From the NCBI RefSeq assembly GCF_018350175.1, contig NC_058368.1:212662001-212726000 (forward strand): a stretch of 64,000 bases of DNA. The letters are read 5' to 3'. Numbering within the stretch: position 1 is the stretch's first letter; the number at the start of each line of letters is the position of its first letter. The notes under the pieces are model-generated. The model had not been told where the DNA came from, ran no database searches, and worked only from the letters and a program-made list of their open reading frames with translations. This DNA is from Felis catus. Taxonomy: Eukaryota. The position numbers and the translations under genes were made by a program. This document shows, piece by piece, positions 42,894-56,224 of the stretch.

Positions 42894-42937
<44 letters not shown>

Positions 42938-42960
42938 ATAAATAAACTTTATTTAAAAAA
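42752..42960 (+). mobile_element. CanSINE nested in L1
   Basis: agggcacctgagtggct head and CT tract. Degenerate TSD agaac(g/a)ttt(c/t)tca. Confidence 0.92.
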
Positions 42961-43875
42961 GAGAACATTTTTCATTTCAGCTAAGTTGTCATATCATTGG
43001 CATAGAGTTATCCATGCTAATCCCTGATTATCAGGTCCTTTGTAGGACTTAATATTGGTAATTTGTGTGTTTTCTTTTTTTTTTCCCTCTGATCAATCTA
43101 GTAAGAGGTTTATCATTTTTATTAATCTTCACAAAAAAAAAACAAGCTGTGCATTTCATTTATTTTTTAATTTCATTTATCTCTGCGCTTATCTGTATTT
43201 ATTCCTTTATTCATTTACTTTGAATTTAATTTGCTCTTTTTCTAGTCTCTAAAGGTGGAAGTAGAGGTCATTGCTTTGAGACATTTCTTCTTTTCTACTG
43301 CAGGTATTTTATTCCTATAAACTTTACTCTAAATACTCATTTACCTCCATAAAGTTTGATATTATGTTTTCATTTTGATTCAGTTCAAAAGAACTTTCTA
43401 ATTTCATTTTTGATTTATTACTTGACCCATGGGTTATTTAGAAGGATGTTTGTTTTTAATTACTAGGGAATTTTCATATCTCTTTCTGTTATTCATATCT
43501 AATTCCATTTTGTTCAAAGAACATACCTTCTATGTTGGATTGAATCTTTTTAAATTTTTTGAGGCTTATTTTATGTCCCAGAATGTGGTTATCTTGGTAA
43601 TGTTCCAGATATACTTGATACCTGAAAAGAATGTTTATTTTTTTTATTTTTGGGTGGAATGTTCTACAAATGCCAATTAGGGCAAGTGGCTTGACATTTA
43701 AATCTTCTATATCCTAACTAGTGCCTGTCTACTTGAGAGGGAGTGCTGAAATCTTTACTATAATTATTGGTGTATCTATTTCTCTTTGAGTTCTATCAGT
43801 TTTTGCTTCATATATTTTAAAGCTCTGTTAGTAACTGTAAAAATGTTTAAAACTGTGTCCTCTTGAATTGATCAC

Positions 43876-46800
43876 TTTTAACAGCTTTATTGGGATATAA
43901 TTAATATACCACAAAATTCACACTATTGTATTGCACAATTCAGTGATTTTTAGTAGGTTTTAGATGGTTTTGCAACTATCCCTACTATCTACCTTCAGAG
44001 TATTTTCATCACCATATACCCATTAGCAATAACTCCCTACTTTCTGTCTCTATTGATTGACCTCTTTTAAATATTTCCTACAAATGGATCATATAGAATG
44101 TGGTCTTTTGTTACTGTTTTTTTTTTTCACTTGGCATAATGCTTTCATATTCATCCATGTTGTAGACAGTATCCAAACTTAATTTTTTTATATTGACAAA
44201 TAACAGTCTATGGATATACTACATTTTGTTTATCCATCCATCACCTAATGAATATTTAAATTGTTTTCATTTTTACCTATTGTTAATCTGCTATAAATAT
44301 TCATGTCTAAGTTTTTGTGTGAATATATGTTTTTATTTCTCTTGAGTATATATATATAGAAGTAAAATTGACAGTTAACATTTTGAGGAACTTCCAGATG
44401 TTTTCCAAAGTGGCTGCACCATTGGACAACCACCAGCATCATATGAGATTCCACTTTCTATACATTCTCATGAACACTTATTACTGTCTTTCTTAAGAAT
44501 GTTAGCAATCCTAGAGAAAGTGAAAAGGTATCTCATTGTAGTTTTGATTTGCATTTCCCTGATTACTAATGTTGAGCATCTTTTCATATGCATATTGGCT
44601 ATTCTTATATCTTTTCAGGAAATATGTCTATTCAAATCCTTTTTAATTTGATTATTAGTCTTATTACTGCGATGTAAGAGTTCTTTATTATGGATACAAG
44701 TTCCTTAACAGAGATATGATTTCATAATATTTCTTCTCATCCTGTGGGTTGTCTTTTCCCTTTCTCGGTAGAGTCTTTTGAAGCACAAAGGCTTACCATT
44801 CTGATGAAGTCCAATTTAAATAGTTTTTGTTGCTTGTGCTTTTGGTGTCATATTTAAAAGCCATTACCTAATCTGAGGTCACAAATATTTACTTTAATGA
44901 TTTATTCTAAGAGTTTTATAATTTTTAGCTTTTCCACTTAGGTCTATTGTCCATTTTGAGTTAATTTTTGTGTATAGTATGGGAAAGGGTTCCAATTTAT
45001 TGTTGTGCATGTGGATATCCAGTTTTCCCAGCACTATTTCTCAAAAGACTATTGACTAGTCTTGGCAATATGTCTATCTTTATGCCATGACCACACTGTC
45101 TTGATTACTGTAGCTTTGTATTAAGTTTAAAAATTGGGAACTATGAGTCCTCCAACATTCTTTTTCTTCTGTGAAATTATTTGGTGATTCTAGGACCTTT
45201 GAATTTCCATATGAATTTTAGGATCATCTTACCAATTTCTGAAAAAAAAACCCTGGGATTTTGATAGACAATGCATTCAATATGTGAACATGTAGACCAT
45301 TGGGGGAATATTGCCATCTTAACAAAATTAGGTCCTCCAGTGCACGAACATGGGATTTCTTTCCATTTAGATTTTCTTTAGTGTCAACAATGTTTTGTGT
45401 TTTCAGTGATCAATTCTTGCATTTCTTTTGTTTAATTTATTTCCTAAATATTTTTTTATACCATGATAAATGAAATGGTTTCATAACTTCATTTTCAAGT
45501 TGTTCATTGCTAGTATATAGAGATACTATAGAGTTTTATTGATTTTGTATCCTGTAAGTTTGCTAAAGTCACTTGTTATTTTTAGTCTTTCTTTTTATTT
45601 AGGGTTTTCTACATACAAGATTATGTCACCTACATATAGAGATAGTTTTACTTCTTTTCATTGTGGGTGACTTTTATCTCCTTTTCTGCACTGGTTTCCA
45701 TGGCTAGAACTTCCAATGCATTGTTGAATAGAAGTGTCAACAACAAAACTCCTTATTTTTTTTTTCTGACTGAAGAGGAAAACATTCAGGATTTCAGCAC
45801 TAAGTATGTTTTTTCTAGATGCCCTTTATCAGATTGAGGAAATTCTCTTCTATTCCTAGTTTGATAAATGTTTTGTAGTGAAAGGAAGTTGGATTTGTTT
45901 CTGTATCTATTGGGATATTCATGTGGTTTTTATACTTTATTAAACATATTGTATTACATTGATTGATTTTCAGATGTTAAATCAATCTTGTATTCTTGGG
46001 CTCAATCCCACTTGGTCACGGTGGATAATTCTTTTTATATGCTGTTGGATCTGGTCTGCTATTGTTTTGTTTAGGACTGTGGCCATGAGGTATATTGATA
46101 CATAGTTTTACTTACTCTTGATGTCTTTGTCTAGTTTTGCTATCAGGGAATACTGGCCTCTTATATTGGGGGGCGAGTTTAAGAAAGATTCATAGTAAAT
46201 GAATCTTTTTTAAAGGTTTGGCGGCATTCACCAGTGAAATAATCTGGGCCTGGATTCTCTTTGTGGAAAGTTTTAAAGAACTCATTCAGTCTTCATTGTT
46301 GTAGGTCTACTCAGACTTTCTGTTTTTTCATAAGTCAGTTTCTGTAGTTGTGTATTTTTTTGTAATGTGTTTTTTCATCTAGGTTATCTAATTTGTTGGC
46401 AAACAGTTATTCATAGCATTTTATTATATTTGTTTTTATTTCTCTGAGGTTAGTAGTGATGACCCTTCTTTTATTCTTGATGTTACTAATTTGAGTCTTC
46501 TCTTTATTTGTGGCAAGTCTAGTTGAAGATTTGTCCATTTTGTTGATCTTTTCAAAGAATCAACTTTTAGTTTTATTAATTTTGTTGTTGTTGCCCTTCT
46601 ATGCTGTACCTTATTTTTATTCTAATATTTTTTTTCTTGCCTTTCATTTGGTTTGGAAACTTTTTCAAGTTTCTTAGGGCAAAAGAATAAGTTATTTATT
46701 TGGGATCATTTGTTTTTTTTAATGCATTTACAGCTATAAATTTCCTTCTGAGCACTGCTTTTGCCTTATATCATATGTTTTGTTATGTTTTATTTTCATT

Positions 46801-46995
46801 TATCTCAAAGTATTTTATAATTTTCTATTTGATTTTTTTCTTTAACCCATTTGTTATCTAGTAGTGTGTTGATTTCTACATATTTGTGAGTTTCCCAAGA
46901 TTCTTTGTTATTGATTTCTGATTTAATTCCATATGTCCAAAGAACATATTTTGTATGATTTCAGTCCTTTTAAATGTATTGAGGCTTGTTTTATG
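43876..46995 (-). mobile_element. Second antisense L1 (L1MB-like), 3'UTR to ORF2
   Basis: A new 3' end (tttaacagctttattgggatataatt) followed by continuous antisense 3'UTR and ORF2 motifs. Confidence 0.85.
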
Positions 46996-46999
46996 CCTT

Positions 47000-47420
47000 G
47001 TTTATGTGTAGTGTTCTTTCATTCAAGACTTAAAGACTAGTTCTCCTAATAGGGAAGGTCTTCTGGTGATTAATTCTATCAGTTTTTGATTATCTACAAG
47101 TGTCTTAATTTCCTCTTCATTTTTGAAGGACAATTTTGCTGGATATAGAATTCTTTGTTGACTTTGTTGGCCATCTTTTTCTTTTATCACTTTCAATATG
47201 TTATCCCACTGCCTTCTGGACTCCATGGTTTCTGGTTAGAAATCAGCTATTAATCTTATTCATGGCTCTGAACATAATAAGTTGTTTTGCTCTTGCTCTT
47301 TCAAGATACTTCACTGTCTTTATCTTTTGAGAGTTTTATTCTAAGGTATCTAGGTGTGGATCTCATTGAGTTTACCCTACTTAAAGTTCATTGAGTTTCT
47401 TGCATGTATAAATTAATGGG
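47000..47420 (-). mobile_element. Antisense L1 ORF1 fragment
   Basis: ORF 47023..47226 MESRRQWDNILKVIKEK...RILYPAKLSFKNEEEIK matches the L1 ORF1p C-terminal domain. Confidence 0.85.
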
Positions 47421-47434
47421 GTTTTAAAAATCAT

Positions 47435-47541
47435 CCTGATCTTGGACTTCCAGCCTCCAGAATTATGAGAAATAAAGTCCCATTGTCTAAGCCACCCAGT
47501 CTATGGCATCTTGTTATAGCAACCTGAAATGAATAAGACAG
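47435..47541 (+). mobile_element. MaLR (MLT1) LTR 3' fragment
   Basis: tgatcttggacttccagcctccagaattatgagaaataaa...aagccacccagtctatggca..ttgttatagcaacctgaa.tgaataagaca. Confidence 0.8.
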
Positions 47542-48980
47542 TCTCCTTCTACACTCGTGGAAGAGAGAGTTAGTATGCTTAGTCAGTAATTATACCCCTA
47601 CAGTTAGTCAGCCATGTGCTGATGTGGAGCCCATAAAGACCTTTGCTTAAGAATTCCAACCCATTTTGATGTCCACAGAAAAGTGGGGATTTTAGTGTCT
47701 TCCCTTTCATGTTCAATTTGAAACTTCACCATGCCCTCTACCAAGAACTACTCAATGCTCTTCCTCTTTTAGTCTCTATTTTCAAAGCTTACCCTTTTCC
47801 ATGTTTTTTCTCCTTTCCTAATCATTAGAAGATTTTTAAGAAAAATCCTTCTTTAGGCCCTCTTTTCCATCTAATACCTTTGCTACTCTCCCAGCCTCTG
47901 CTGTGTATTATATGTTATTCACTAGTAAGCAAGTATGATATTGCCTTGTACCCCTTAGGAAAGTGGGCATATACCACTCCCCAGAAAAGGGGTGGAAAAT
48001 AGTGGGATATGTGTGGTAGAAGGAGTGGGGAAACCAATCCTGCCACACCCCTTTTATAGAGTGCCTTGAAGAAACAAGTTCCATAGAAAGGGGGACTCTG
48101 AATATCTGCAGAAAGTCCCGCTCAAGTCTTCAGCATAATACCAATGAGCATGTGTGTGAGAGAAAGTTGCACAAAGTCAAGGAAAGAACTACCTGAAATG
48201 AGCAGTGGAAAAAGATCCCTAAAAGCTCTCAGAAATTAAGTCAAGGAAAATAAAGTTTGAAGTATAATATTTGATACAGTAGGGATTAAATGTAGTTCTC
48301 TTGGCCCTCACATTCACTTATCATTCCATTATAGTATAGCTTGGGAAATTTTTCTCCTAAAGAATGTAGATTATTTTGACACATGCCCCCACTCCCAATC
48401 TGTACCCTGTACACCTCTAGTCCTTGTTAAGAAGAAAATATTCAAATGCCCAGCTTTTTAAAATTAATCTTTAGGTCTCTATATTTAAAAATAAACCTTT
48501 CAGTTCTGCCATTAGTATCTGTTTCTTTTTTTTTTTGTTTTCTCCTTTTGCACAGCTATCTGTTTCTTTTATGCCCTGGTCAGCCATTGCCCACTGGGGT
48601 TGCTTTTGAGATGGTAAGACATACTTTGAATTTTCCAAGAACTGACATGTTAACATATGGAATTTTTTTGGAGAACATCTTTACCACCCTCCTCTTTTCT
48701 TAGAACAAACAGTTCTAAATTATCTGTTACTCTGCAAAATCTCATGAACTTCAACAAATGCAAACATATTCAATTTGTGGAAAGATTCCATTCCAATATT
48801 TTCTTTTTGCATTTTTTCCTCACAGGGAACTTTTCCCCCTTGACAGTTTCTAAGATGTGAGGGACACTTAGTTCCTTGCTCAAAAAATAAATAAGGCAAA
48901 ATCATGTTTTAGGAGTAGTAATCTTTCATTCAGCAGCTGACCTCTAGGATTCTGGTTAATTTATTTTTAAAAGGTCTCAG

Positions 48981-49216
48981 GGGGCGCCTGGGTGGCGCAG
49001 TCGGTTAAGCATCCGACTTCAGCCAGGTCACGATCTCGCGGTCCGTGAGTTCGAGCCCCGCATCAGGCTCTGGGCTGATGGCTCAGAGCCTGGAGCCTGT
49101 TTCCGATTCAGTGTCTCCCTCTCTCTCTGCCCCTCCCCCGTTCAAGCTCTGTCTCTCTCTGTCCCAAAAATAAATAAACGTTGAAAAAAAAATTTTTTTT
49201 AAATAAAAAAAATAAA
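48981..49216 (+). mobile_element. Young felid CanSINE (SINEC_Fc type)
   Basis: Near-identical to 28859-29078 and CpG-rich. TSD aaaaggtctcag at 48969-48980 and 49217-49228. Confidence 0.97.
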
Positions 49217-49577
49217 AAAAGGTCTCAGAGATCAAATGACTACAATCATGTGAAAGCTTCCTAAGCCTGAATGGAGCTAATTTTTTTCAATTCCAGAAAT
49301 TGGGATATTTTAGATTATTCTCCAGGTTAGTCTCCAGAATGCCATTCTCTCCTGTTTCATGAATGTGGCTGTCTTTTAACACTCTGATAGCAACACTTCA
49401 TTCAATAACAAGCGTCACAGCAGGAATCTTCTTGTCTTTCCTTAAAACCTAGAGACTGGATTCAAGACAATCTGTTTAGCAAACTTTTGCAGCAGTCCAA
49501 ATCTGATGGAAATAAAAATATCAATCACCAATAGATTGCTCTAAGAAATAACAAGAAGAAAGTTTTAAAAAGCACTT

Positions 49578-49641
49578 GTTGGATACCTGAAACTAATACT
49601 GCACTATATGTTAACTAACTGGACTTTAAATAAAAACTTTA
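49578..49641 (+). mobile_element. Extremely 5'-truncated carnivore L1 3' tip
   Basis: acctgaaactaata...cactatatgttaactaactgga.tttaaataaaaact L1 terminus. Outer TSD aaaaa(g/a)cactt at about 49567 and 49897. Confidence 0.7.
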
Positions 49642-49873
49642 AGGCACGCCTGGATGGCTCAGTCAGTTAAGCATCCAACTTTGGCTCAGGTCATGATCTC
49701 ACAGCTCGGCTCATGAGTTCAAGCCCCATGTCAGGCTCTGTGCTGACAGCTCAGAGCCTGGAGCCTGTTTCAGATTCTGTCTCCCTCTTTCTTCGCCCCT
49801 CCCCCACTCATGCTCGCTCACGCGCGCGCACACGCTCTCTCTCTTTCAAAAACAAACATTAAAAAAACTTTTT
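49642..49873 (+). mobile_element. CanSINE inserted in the L1 tail
   Basis: SINE body. TSD taaata(a/c)aaactttaa on both sides. Confidence 0.92.
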
Positions 49874-50374
49874 TAAATACAAACTTTAAAAAAATAAAAA
49901 AACACTTTGTAAGTACTATTCTAAAACCTAAAATACTTTTCTTTACACTTTAGATAAATTTAGGCATGTCTTATTCCTAGTCAACAAGGTCTGTCTTACC
50001 CCAAAATGCCCCCATTCTACTGTAACGTCTTTGAGTACTGGGATTTTTTTTTCTGCTTATCTTTGTATTTCTGCAGCAAAAAAGGTGTTAGTAAAGACTC
50101 AGTAGACACTTTTGAGTTGAATTAATGAAACAGAACTCATTGTATGGACTAGTGGATCTGCCTTTGCTAAAAAGAGAAACTTTGAGGAGGATTAGAAGAT
50201 TTGTTTATGTTTATCTGGGAGAAGAGAGATGTTTCTTTTACTGTACCTGACCATTCTCATATATAACAGAAGTCCTGTGAAGTATGATTTGAGAGTAATC
50301 CCTAACCCATAAAACATCCTTCATTGACACTTGAAAACCTGCTATTTAAAATTAATTTTTCCTTCAACTTGAAA

Positions 50375-52700
50375 AAGAACATCTGAAAAAAAAAAACCTA
50401 TGCTTATCATTTTAATGGTAAGAAACTAGATGCTTTCCCACTAAGATCAGGCACAAGGCAAGGATGTCCACTCTCACTAGTTGTATTTAACATCATACTG
50501 AAAGCCCTGCCTGACATACTAAGTCAAGAAAGAAAGAAAAGGTATGCATATTGAAAAGAAAGAACTAAAACTGTGTTTGTTCACAGATGGCACAGTTATC
50601 TATGTAGAAAATCCCAAAGAATAAACAAAAAATTCCAGAAACTAACAATTATATCCAAATCCTGGTATTGCAAGATACCAGGTTAATATACAAAAGCCAG
50701 TTGCTTTCCTATACACTAGCAATGAACAATTTGGAATTTGAAACAATACTATTTACAATCAGCACCTCCCAAAATGAAATGCTTAGGTATAGATCTAACA
50801 AAATATGTTCAAGATCTATATGATGAAAAGTACAAAAACAAAAGAAATCAAAGATCTAAATAAATGTTAATCCATATTCATAGATACAAAGACTCAGTAT
50901 TATTAAGATATCAGGTCTTACTCACTTTATATGTAGATTAAATGCAATCCCATTCAAAATTCCAGCAGGTTATTTTGTGGATATGGACTGATTCTAAAGT
51001 TTATATAGAAAGGCTGGAGCACCCAGGTGGCTCAGTTGGTTAAGCATCCAACTTCAGGTCATGATCTCAAGGTTCATGAGATCAAGCCCTACGTCCCAGC
51101 TCTGCGCTGATAGTGGGGAGCCTGCATGGGATTCTCTCTCTCCCTCTCTCTCGGCTCCTCCCCAGTTCACTCGCATGCATGCGTTCTGTCTCTCCCTCCC
51201 TCTCTCTCTTAAAATAAATAAATAAACATTTAAAAAGAAAAGAAAGGCAAAAGATCCAGAATAGTCAACACAGTTGACTGTGTTCAGTCAGAGGACTAAT
51301 GCTACCCAACTTCAAGAATTATTGTAAAGCTACAATAATTGAGATATTGTGGTATTGTCAAAATAATAGATAAATGGATTAATGGAACAGAACAAAGAGC
51401 CCAGAAATAGACCCACACAGATACGATCAGTTGATTTTTGACAAAGGAGCATAGGCAATTCAGTAGCAAAAGGACATCATTGCTTCAACAATGATGTGAG
51501 AATGACTGGACATCCACATTCAAGAAAAAGAATCTAGACAGAACTTACACCCTTTTCAAAAATTAACTCAAAATCGATCATAGCCCTAAATGCAATATGA
51601 AAAACTATAAAACTCCTAGAAGAGAACACAAGAGAAAGTCGAAGTAACTTCAGGTTTATTAATGACTTCTTAAATACAACACCAAAAGCACCATCCATGA
51701 AAGAAAAAAATTGTTAAGTGCAATTTTATTAAAGTCAAAAGTTTCTGTTCTGCAAAGGACACTATGGAGGGAATGAGAAGAGAAGCCATAAAGTAGTAGA
51801 AAATATTTGTAAAATACAAATATTTACAGAATACCTGAACAGAAACCTTACCAGAAAAAACATACAGCTGACAACAATTCATTACGGAATTACATATTTA
51901 AAAAATGAGATATCACTACACACCAATTAGAATGACTACAATGCAAAATGGTTTACAATGCCAGGTCCTGGTGAGGATATGGAACAACAGGAACTCTTAT
52001 TCACTGGTGTTAGGAATACAAAGTGGTACGGCCACTTTGGAATACATTTTGGCGGTTTTGTATAAAATGAAACATAGTCTTACCATATAACCCAGAAATC
52101 TCACTTCTTAACATTAACCCAAATGAGTTGAAAACTCACATCCATCCAAAAACCTGCTGTAAAATTATTTATAGTAGCTTTATTTATAGTTGCAAACACT
52201 TGAAAGTAACCAAGGTTAATGGCGAATGGATAAACAAACTGTGGTGTGTCTTACAATGGAATATTATTCAGCAGTAAAATGAAATTCACTATCAAACCAC
52301 AAAAAGACATGAAGGCATCTTTATATGCATATTGCTAAATAAAAGAAACCAGTCTGAAAAGACTACGTATTATTTGATTGCAACTATAAGACACTGAAAA
52401 AAGCAAAGTTACAGACAGTAAAAGGATCAGTGGTTGCCAGGGGTTTGAGGGAAGGGAAGGATGACTAAGTGAAGCACAGGAGAATTTTAGAGTAGTGAAA
52501 CTATTCTGTATGATCCTGTAATAGTGGGTACACAACTTATACACATTTCTCAAAACCCATAGAACCCCACAACACAGAGTGAATTGTAAACTGTGAACTT
52601 TAGTTAATAATATCAATATTTGTTCATCAGTTATAACAAATGTGCCCCATTAATGCTAAATCTAAAAAATGAACCCTAATAACTAAAGTCTATTGCTTAA
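50375..52700 (+). mobile_element. L1 ORF2 plus 3'UTR (L1MC/MD-like), interrupted by a SINE
   Basis: agatcaggcacaaggcaaggatgtccactctc; ttgttcacagatg RT region; 3'UTR gtgaaactattctgtatgat...tttctcaaaacccatagaa. Confidence 0.88.
51015..51240 (+). mobile_element. CanSINE nested in L1
   Basis: SINE body. TSD agaaaggc at 51007-51014 and 51241-51248. Confidence 0.92.
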
Positions 52701-53770
52701 ATTTTTTAAAAATTCATTTTATTGGATAATTCAGAGGCATTTTAAAAATAATCTTTTATAATGTGAAATCCATCTGGATAATAATTAACTGATGTTTGTA
52801 CGTAAATGTGTGGACCACGTTAATATTCTACTCAGGAGTCTCTCTCAAGGTAGAATGAAAGTTCCAGTTTCCATGAGACTGGGGGTTTCTGAAAGGGAAA
52901 GTAGGATTCAGAGAAAACCACTAAGTCAAATATCACTTTCACATTCTGGTTATGAGCTGTCACAATACCATGTCTCCGTGGTAGAAACATTTTCTCATTC
53001 TCCATGTCTGAGTAGGGGAATAGATAGAGAATTTTTCTGATACTTGAAATTAATGAAAATTCTACTACTTAGGTTCTTAGTGGCAGCAAAATGGCTTCAG
53101 TATGCATTAACAGCATGTATTACCTAAGTTTGCATCTCATTTGGGCAAATTACTGCAGCATCCGTCTAAAATAAAGATAATAACTGTCACTTCAGATCAA
53201 AGGGTTATTGTGACAAGTAAATGAGGTAATAATGCAGGTATTTACTAACATCCCTCAATAAAATATTAGCAATTGTTGTTATCACTGTTGATGTTTCTTG
53301 CCATAGAATCCTTTCTGATGATATGCAGATAAAATGCAGATTTCAGTATGCCTGGTCTAAGAGGACTTACTGAGGGTTGTAGGAGGTGAAAGGATAGAGG
53401 TGAGAAAGATATCTGGATGAAAAAGAAACATGTTTTAATGGCAGCCATAAATCAAGCATGACGTACTTTGTTATCTCAGGAATCCTCATGGCAACTTTAG
53501 AAATTATCCCTTTTTATAGATGGAGAAACTAAGACTCAGGGTAGGTAATATCTCCATGGTACCACTAGTATTGTACTGGTAGTGCTGGGGTCAAACTCAG
53601 AAATATTCTACTTATGTGAATTTTTCTGTAAAGCATGTGATGCCACCATGAGTTGAGAGATTAGACTTATTGGTTATTTGGGCTACTTGAGACTGCTCCA
53701 GCCATGTAGTCTTACTAGGCCTTTCTCCTGGTCAGTGCTTGATAAACATTAAATTTGTTGAGCATAATTT

Positions 53771-53987
53771 AGGAATGCCTGGGTGGCTCAGTTCGTTAAG
53801 CATCAGACTTCGGCTCAGGTCATGATACCACGGTTTATGGGTTTGAGCCCTGCATCAGGCTCTGCGCTGACAGTTCAGAGCCTGGAGCCTGCTTCAGATT
53901 CTGTGTCTCTGTCTCTCTCTGCCCCTTCCCCGCTTGTGCTCTGCTTTCTCTCTCTCAAAAATAAATTTAAAAAAAAATAAAAAAAGA
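53771..53987 (+). mobile_element. CanSINE (SINEC)
   Basis: Full body. TSD taaatttgtt(g/a)a(g/a)cata at about 53750 and 53988. Confidence 0.95.
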
Positions 53988-54011
53988 ATAAATTTGTTAA
54001 ACATATTTTTA

Positions 54012-54252
54012 ATGGGTTTTTTTGCTTTTGTTTTTTGTTTTTTTGTTTTTGTCTTTGTTTTTCAGAGAGAGAGAGACAGACAGAGTATGAGCAGGGGTGG
54101 GGAGCAGAGAGAGATGGAAACAGAATCTGAAGCAGGCTCCAGACTCTGAGCTGTCAGCACAGAGCCCAATGCAGAGCTCAAACTCACGAACCTTGAGATC
54201 ATGACCTGAGCTGAAGTCAGACGCTCAACCTACTGAGCCACCCAGGAGCCCC
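54012..54252 (-). mobile_element. CanSINE (SINEC), antisense
   Basis: Full antisense body. TSD gtt(a/g)aacatatttttaa at about 53996 and 54254. Confidence 0.95.
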
Positions 54253-54391
54253 AGTTGAACATATTTTTAAACAAATAGGACAGTGAATGAGTAGATGAAA
54301 TAGGGGAATCAAAATATACCAAATTGCAGAGTATTGAATATAAATCAAAAGTGATTCTATGGATGTGTTGCCCAAAAGTTGCAGAACTTCT

Positions 54392-54608
54392 GGGGGTGGC
54401 TGGTGGCTCAGTGGGTTGAGCTTCCAACTTCGGCTCAGGTCATAATCTCGCAGTTCGTGAGTTCAAGCCCCATGTCAGGCTCTGTGCTGACAGCTCAGAG
54501 CCTGGAGCCTGTTTTGGATCCAGTGTGTCCCTCTCTTTCTGCCCCTCGCCTACTTGTACTGTGTATCTCTCTCTCTCAAAAATAAAAATAAACATTAAAA
54601 AAAATTTT
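54392..54608 (+). mobile_element. CanSINE (SINEC)
   Basis: Full body. TSD aagttgcagaacttctgg at 54376 and 54609. Confidence 0.95.
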
Positions 54609-56224
54609 AAGTTGCAGAACTTCTGGAATATAGTAATATTTTAAATGAACTAAGGACCATCCCCATAAGAACTTGATAGTTTTGTAAGGAGAAAATTTCT
54701 TTTGAAATAGGAATGATTACCTCATTCATAATTAGGTTTTGATTTCACTGGGATGAATTTTTTTCTAAAATGGGCACCCCTGTAGAGGATTGAGCAAACA
54801 GTCTTAAAGGTTCACTTGAAGGTCACTCCATGAAAGGAGCACAGGTCAGAGCTAGGTCACCAAAGTCACTTAGTTTTTCTAAAGAACTTTGCTCCTACCT
54901 TATCTGAGTCTACACATTGGTTCAGCTGACCGGTTCTATTTTATTTTTCCAACTAAGTCTGCTCTAAGCTTCTGTTCACATCTTTCCTTTCTGTTCTTAT
55001 AGGAAAATGAATGTGTTACTTCCTATCTGAATCTCATTTGAATTTGTGTTTCTGATTAGAACTATTAATGAAAAACAGTCCTGCTGCTGCAAGTGTTTTA
55101 ATTAAATTTTAATCGGCACTTATGAAGCCTACTGTGTGCTGGATAATAGACGGAGATGAAAAAAAATAGTTCCTGTTCTTAATAAACTCATGGTCTAATG
55201 AGTAGGATTATTATATAATTACCATTTAAATATTATTTCTGTCTTTATTATTAATAATAACATACACATTGTTCTGCAATAATATAGTAAAGCCTTTACA
55301 TATAAAATGCCATGGAGAAGTAAAGGAATATGCAAGATGTAAAGGGGTTGGTGGGTGGGAATTAACATTTTTTCATCAACCATGTACCAGACCCTATGCC
55401 CACTAAATTCTTAAAACTATTCTTTGAAAGAGATATTTTACCCCTATTCAACATATGGAATAAAGTACCAATGCCAGTCAGAGGTAAGATTAGACATTCA
55501 AACCCAGTCCTACTAAATCTAAGACAGTTTTCCTCCAACAGTAGCCACCATTTCCTGAATACCTACTATGTTCCAGGCTCTGGAATAAGCAGTTTCATAT
55601 GTGTAGATGGTTCATGTGATATTCCTGGATTTGATGAAGCACTAATGCTTCTTGGAGAAGTGACGGATGATAGCTTTACCTCAAGCATCAGTTGATATGC
55701 ATGGGAAGTGTTTCTGGAGTTGTATAGAGTTGTCTTTTGTTTTGTGTCTTACTGGAAGATAATGTACAATTTGGGGCAGGTGTCTAAGAGAACAGAGCAA
55801 ACTAGGACAATGGAGGAGAGGCAGCAGCCTCCTTTCATGTATTCATCTCTCCCTACTTCCACCTTCAGCATTATTGGTTGGTTTTCAGCCCCTACATAAG
55901 AAGAATTAGGATAGAAGGTGTAAGTCCAGGTAAGAGTCAGGGCATAAACAGTGTTGATGTGGGGATCAGATTGAATTGGGACCAAACTGAATCCAGAATG
56001 GAGCATGCCCCATACCATATACTGTCTGCTACCCTGCAGAGAAGGAGGGAGCAGTGCTCTCCCAGTGGATTAACTTCCTAAAGTTGCTGTAACAAATTAC
56101 CAGAAACTCAGTGGCTTAAAACAACAGAAACTTATTCTCTCATTGTTCTGGAAACCTGAAATTTGAGATTGGTATCACTGGGGTAAAATTAGGTATTGGC
56201 AGAATACTTTTTCCTCTGGAGGTT

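Larger units (their letters stand above)
40838..43870 (-). mobile_element. Antisense L1 (old L1M): 3' end plus deleted ORF2, with two SINE insertions
   Basis: tttt.catagcttcattgagata.aattgacata 3' end; minus-strand ORFs resemble ORF2 (DQWNRIENSEINP, MISIVAEKALDNIPYLFLIK). Confidence 0.85.
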
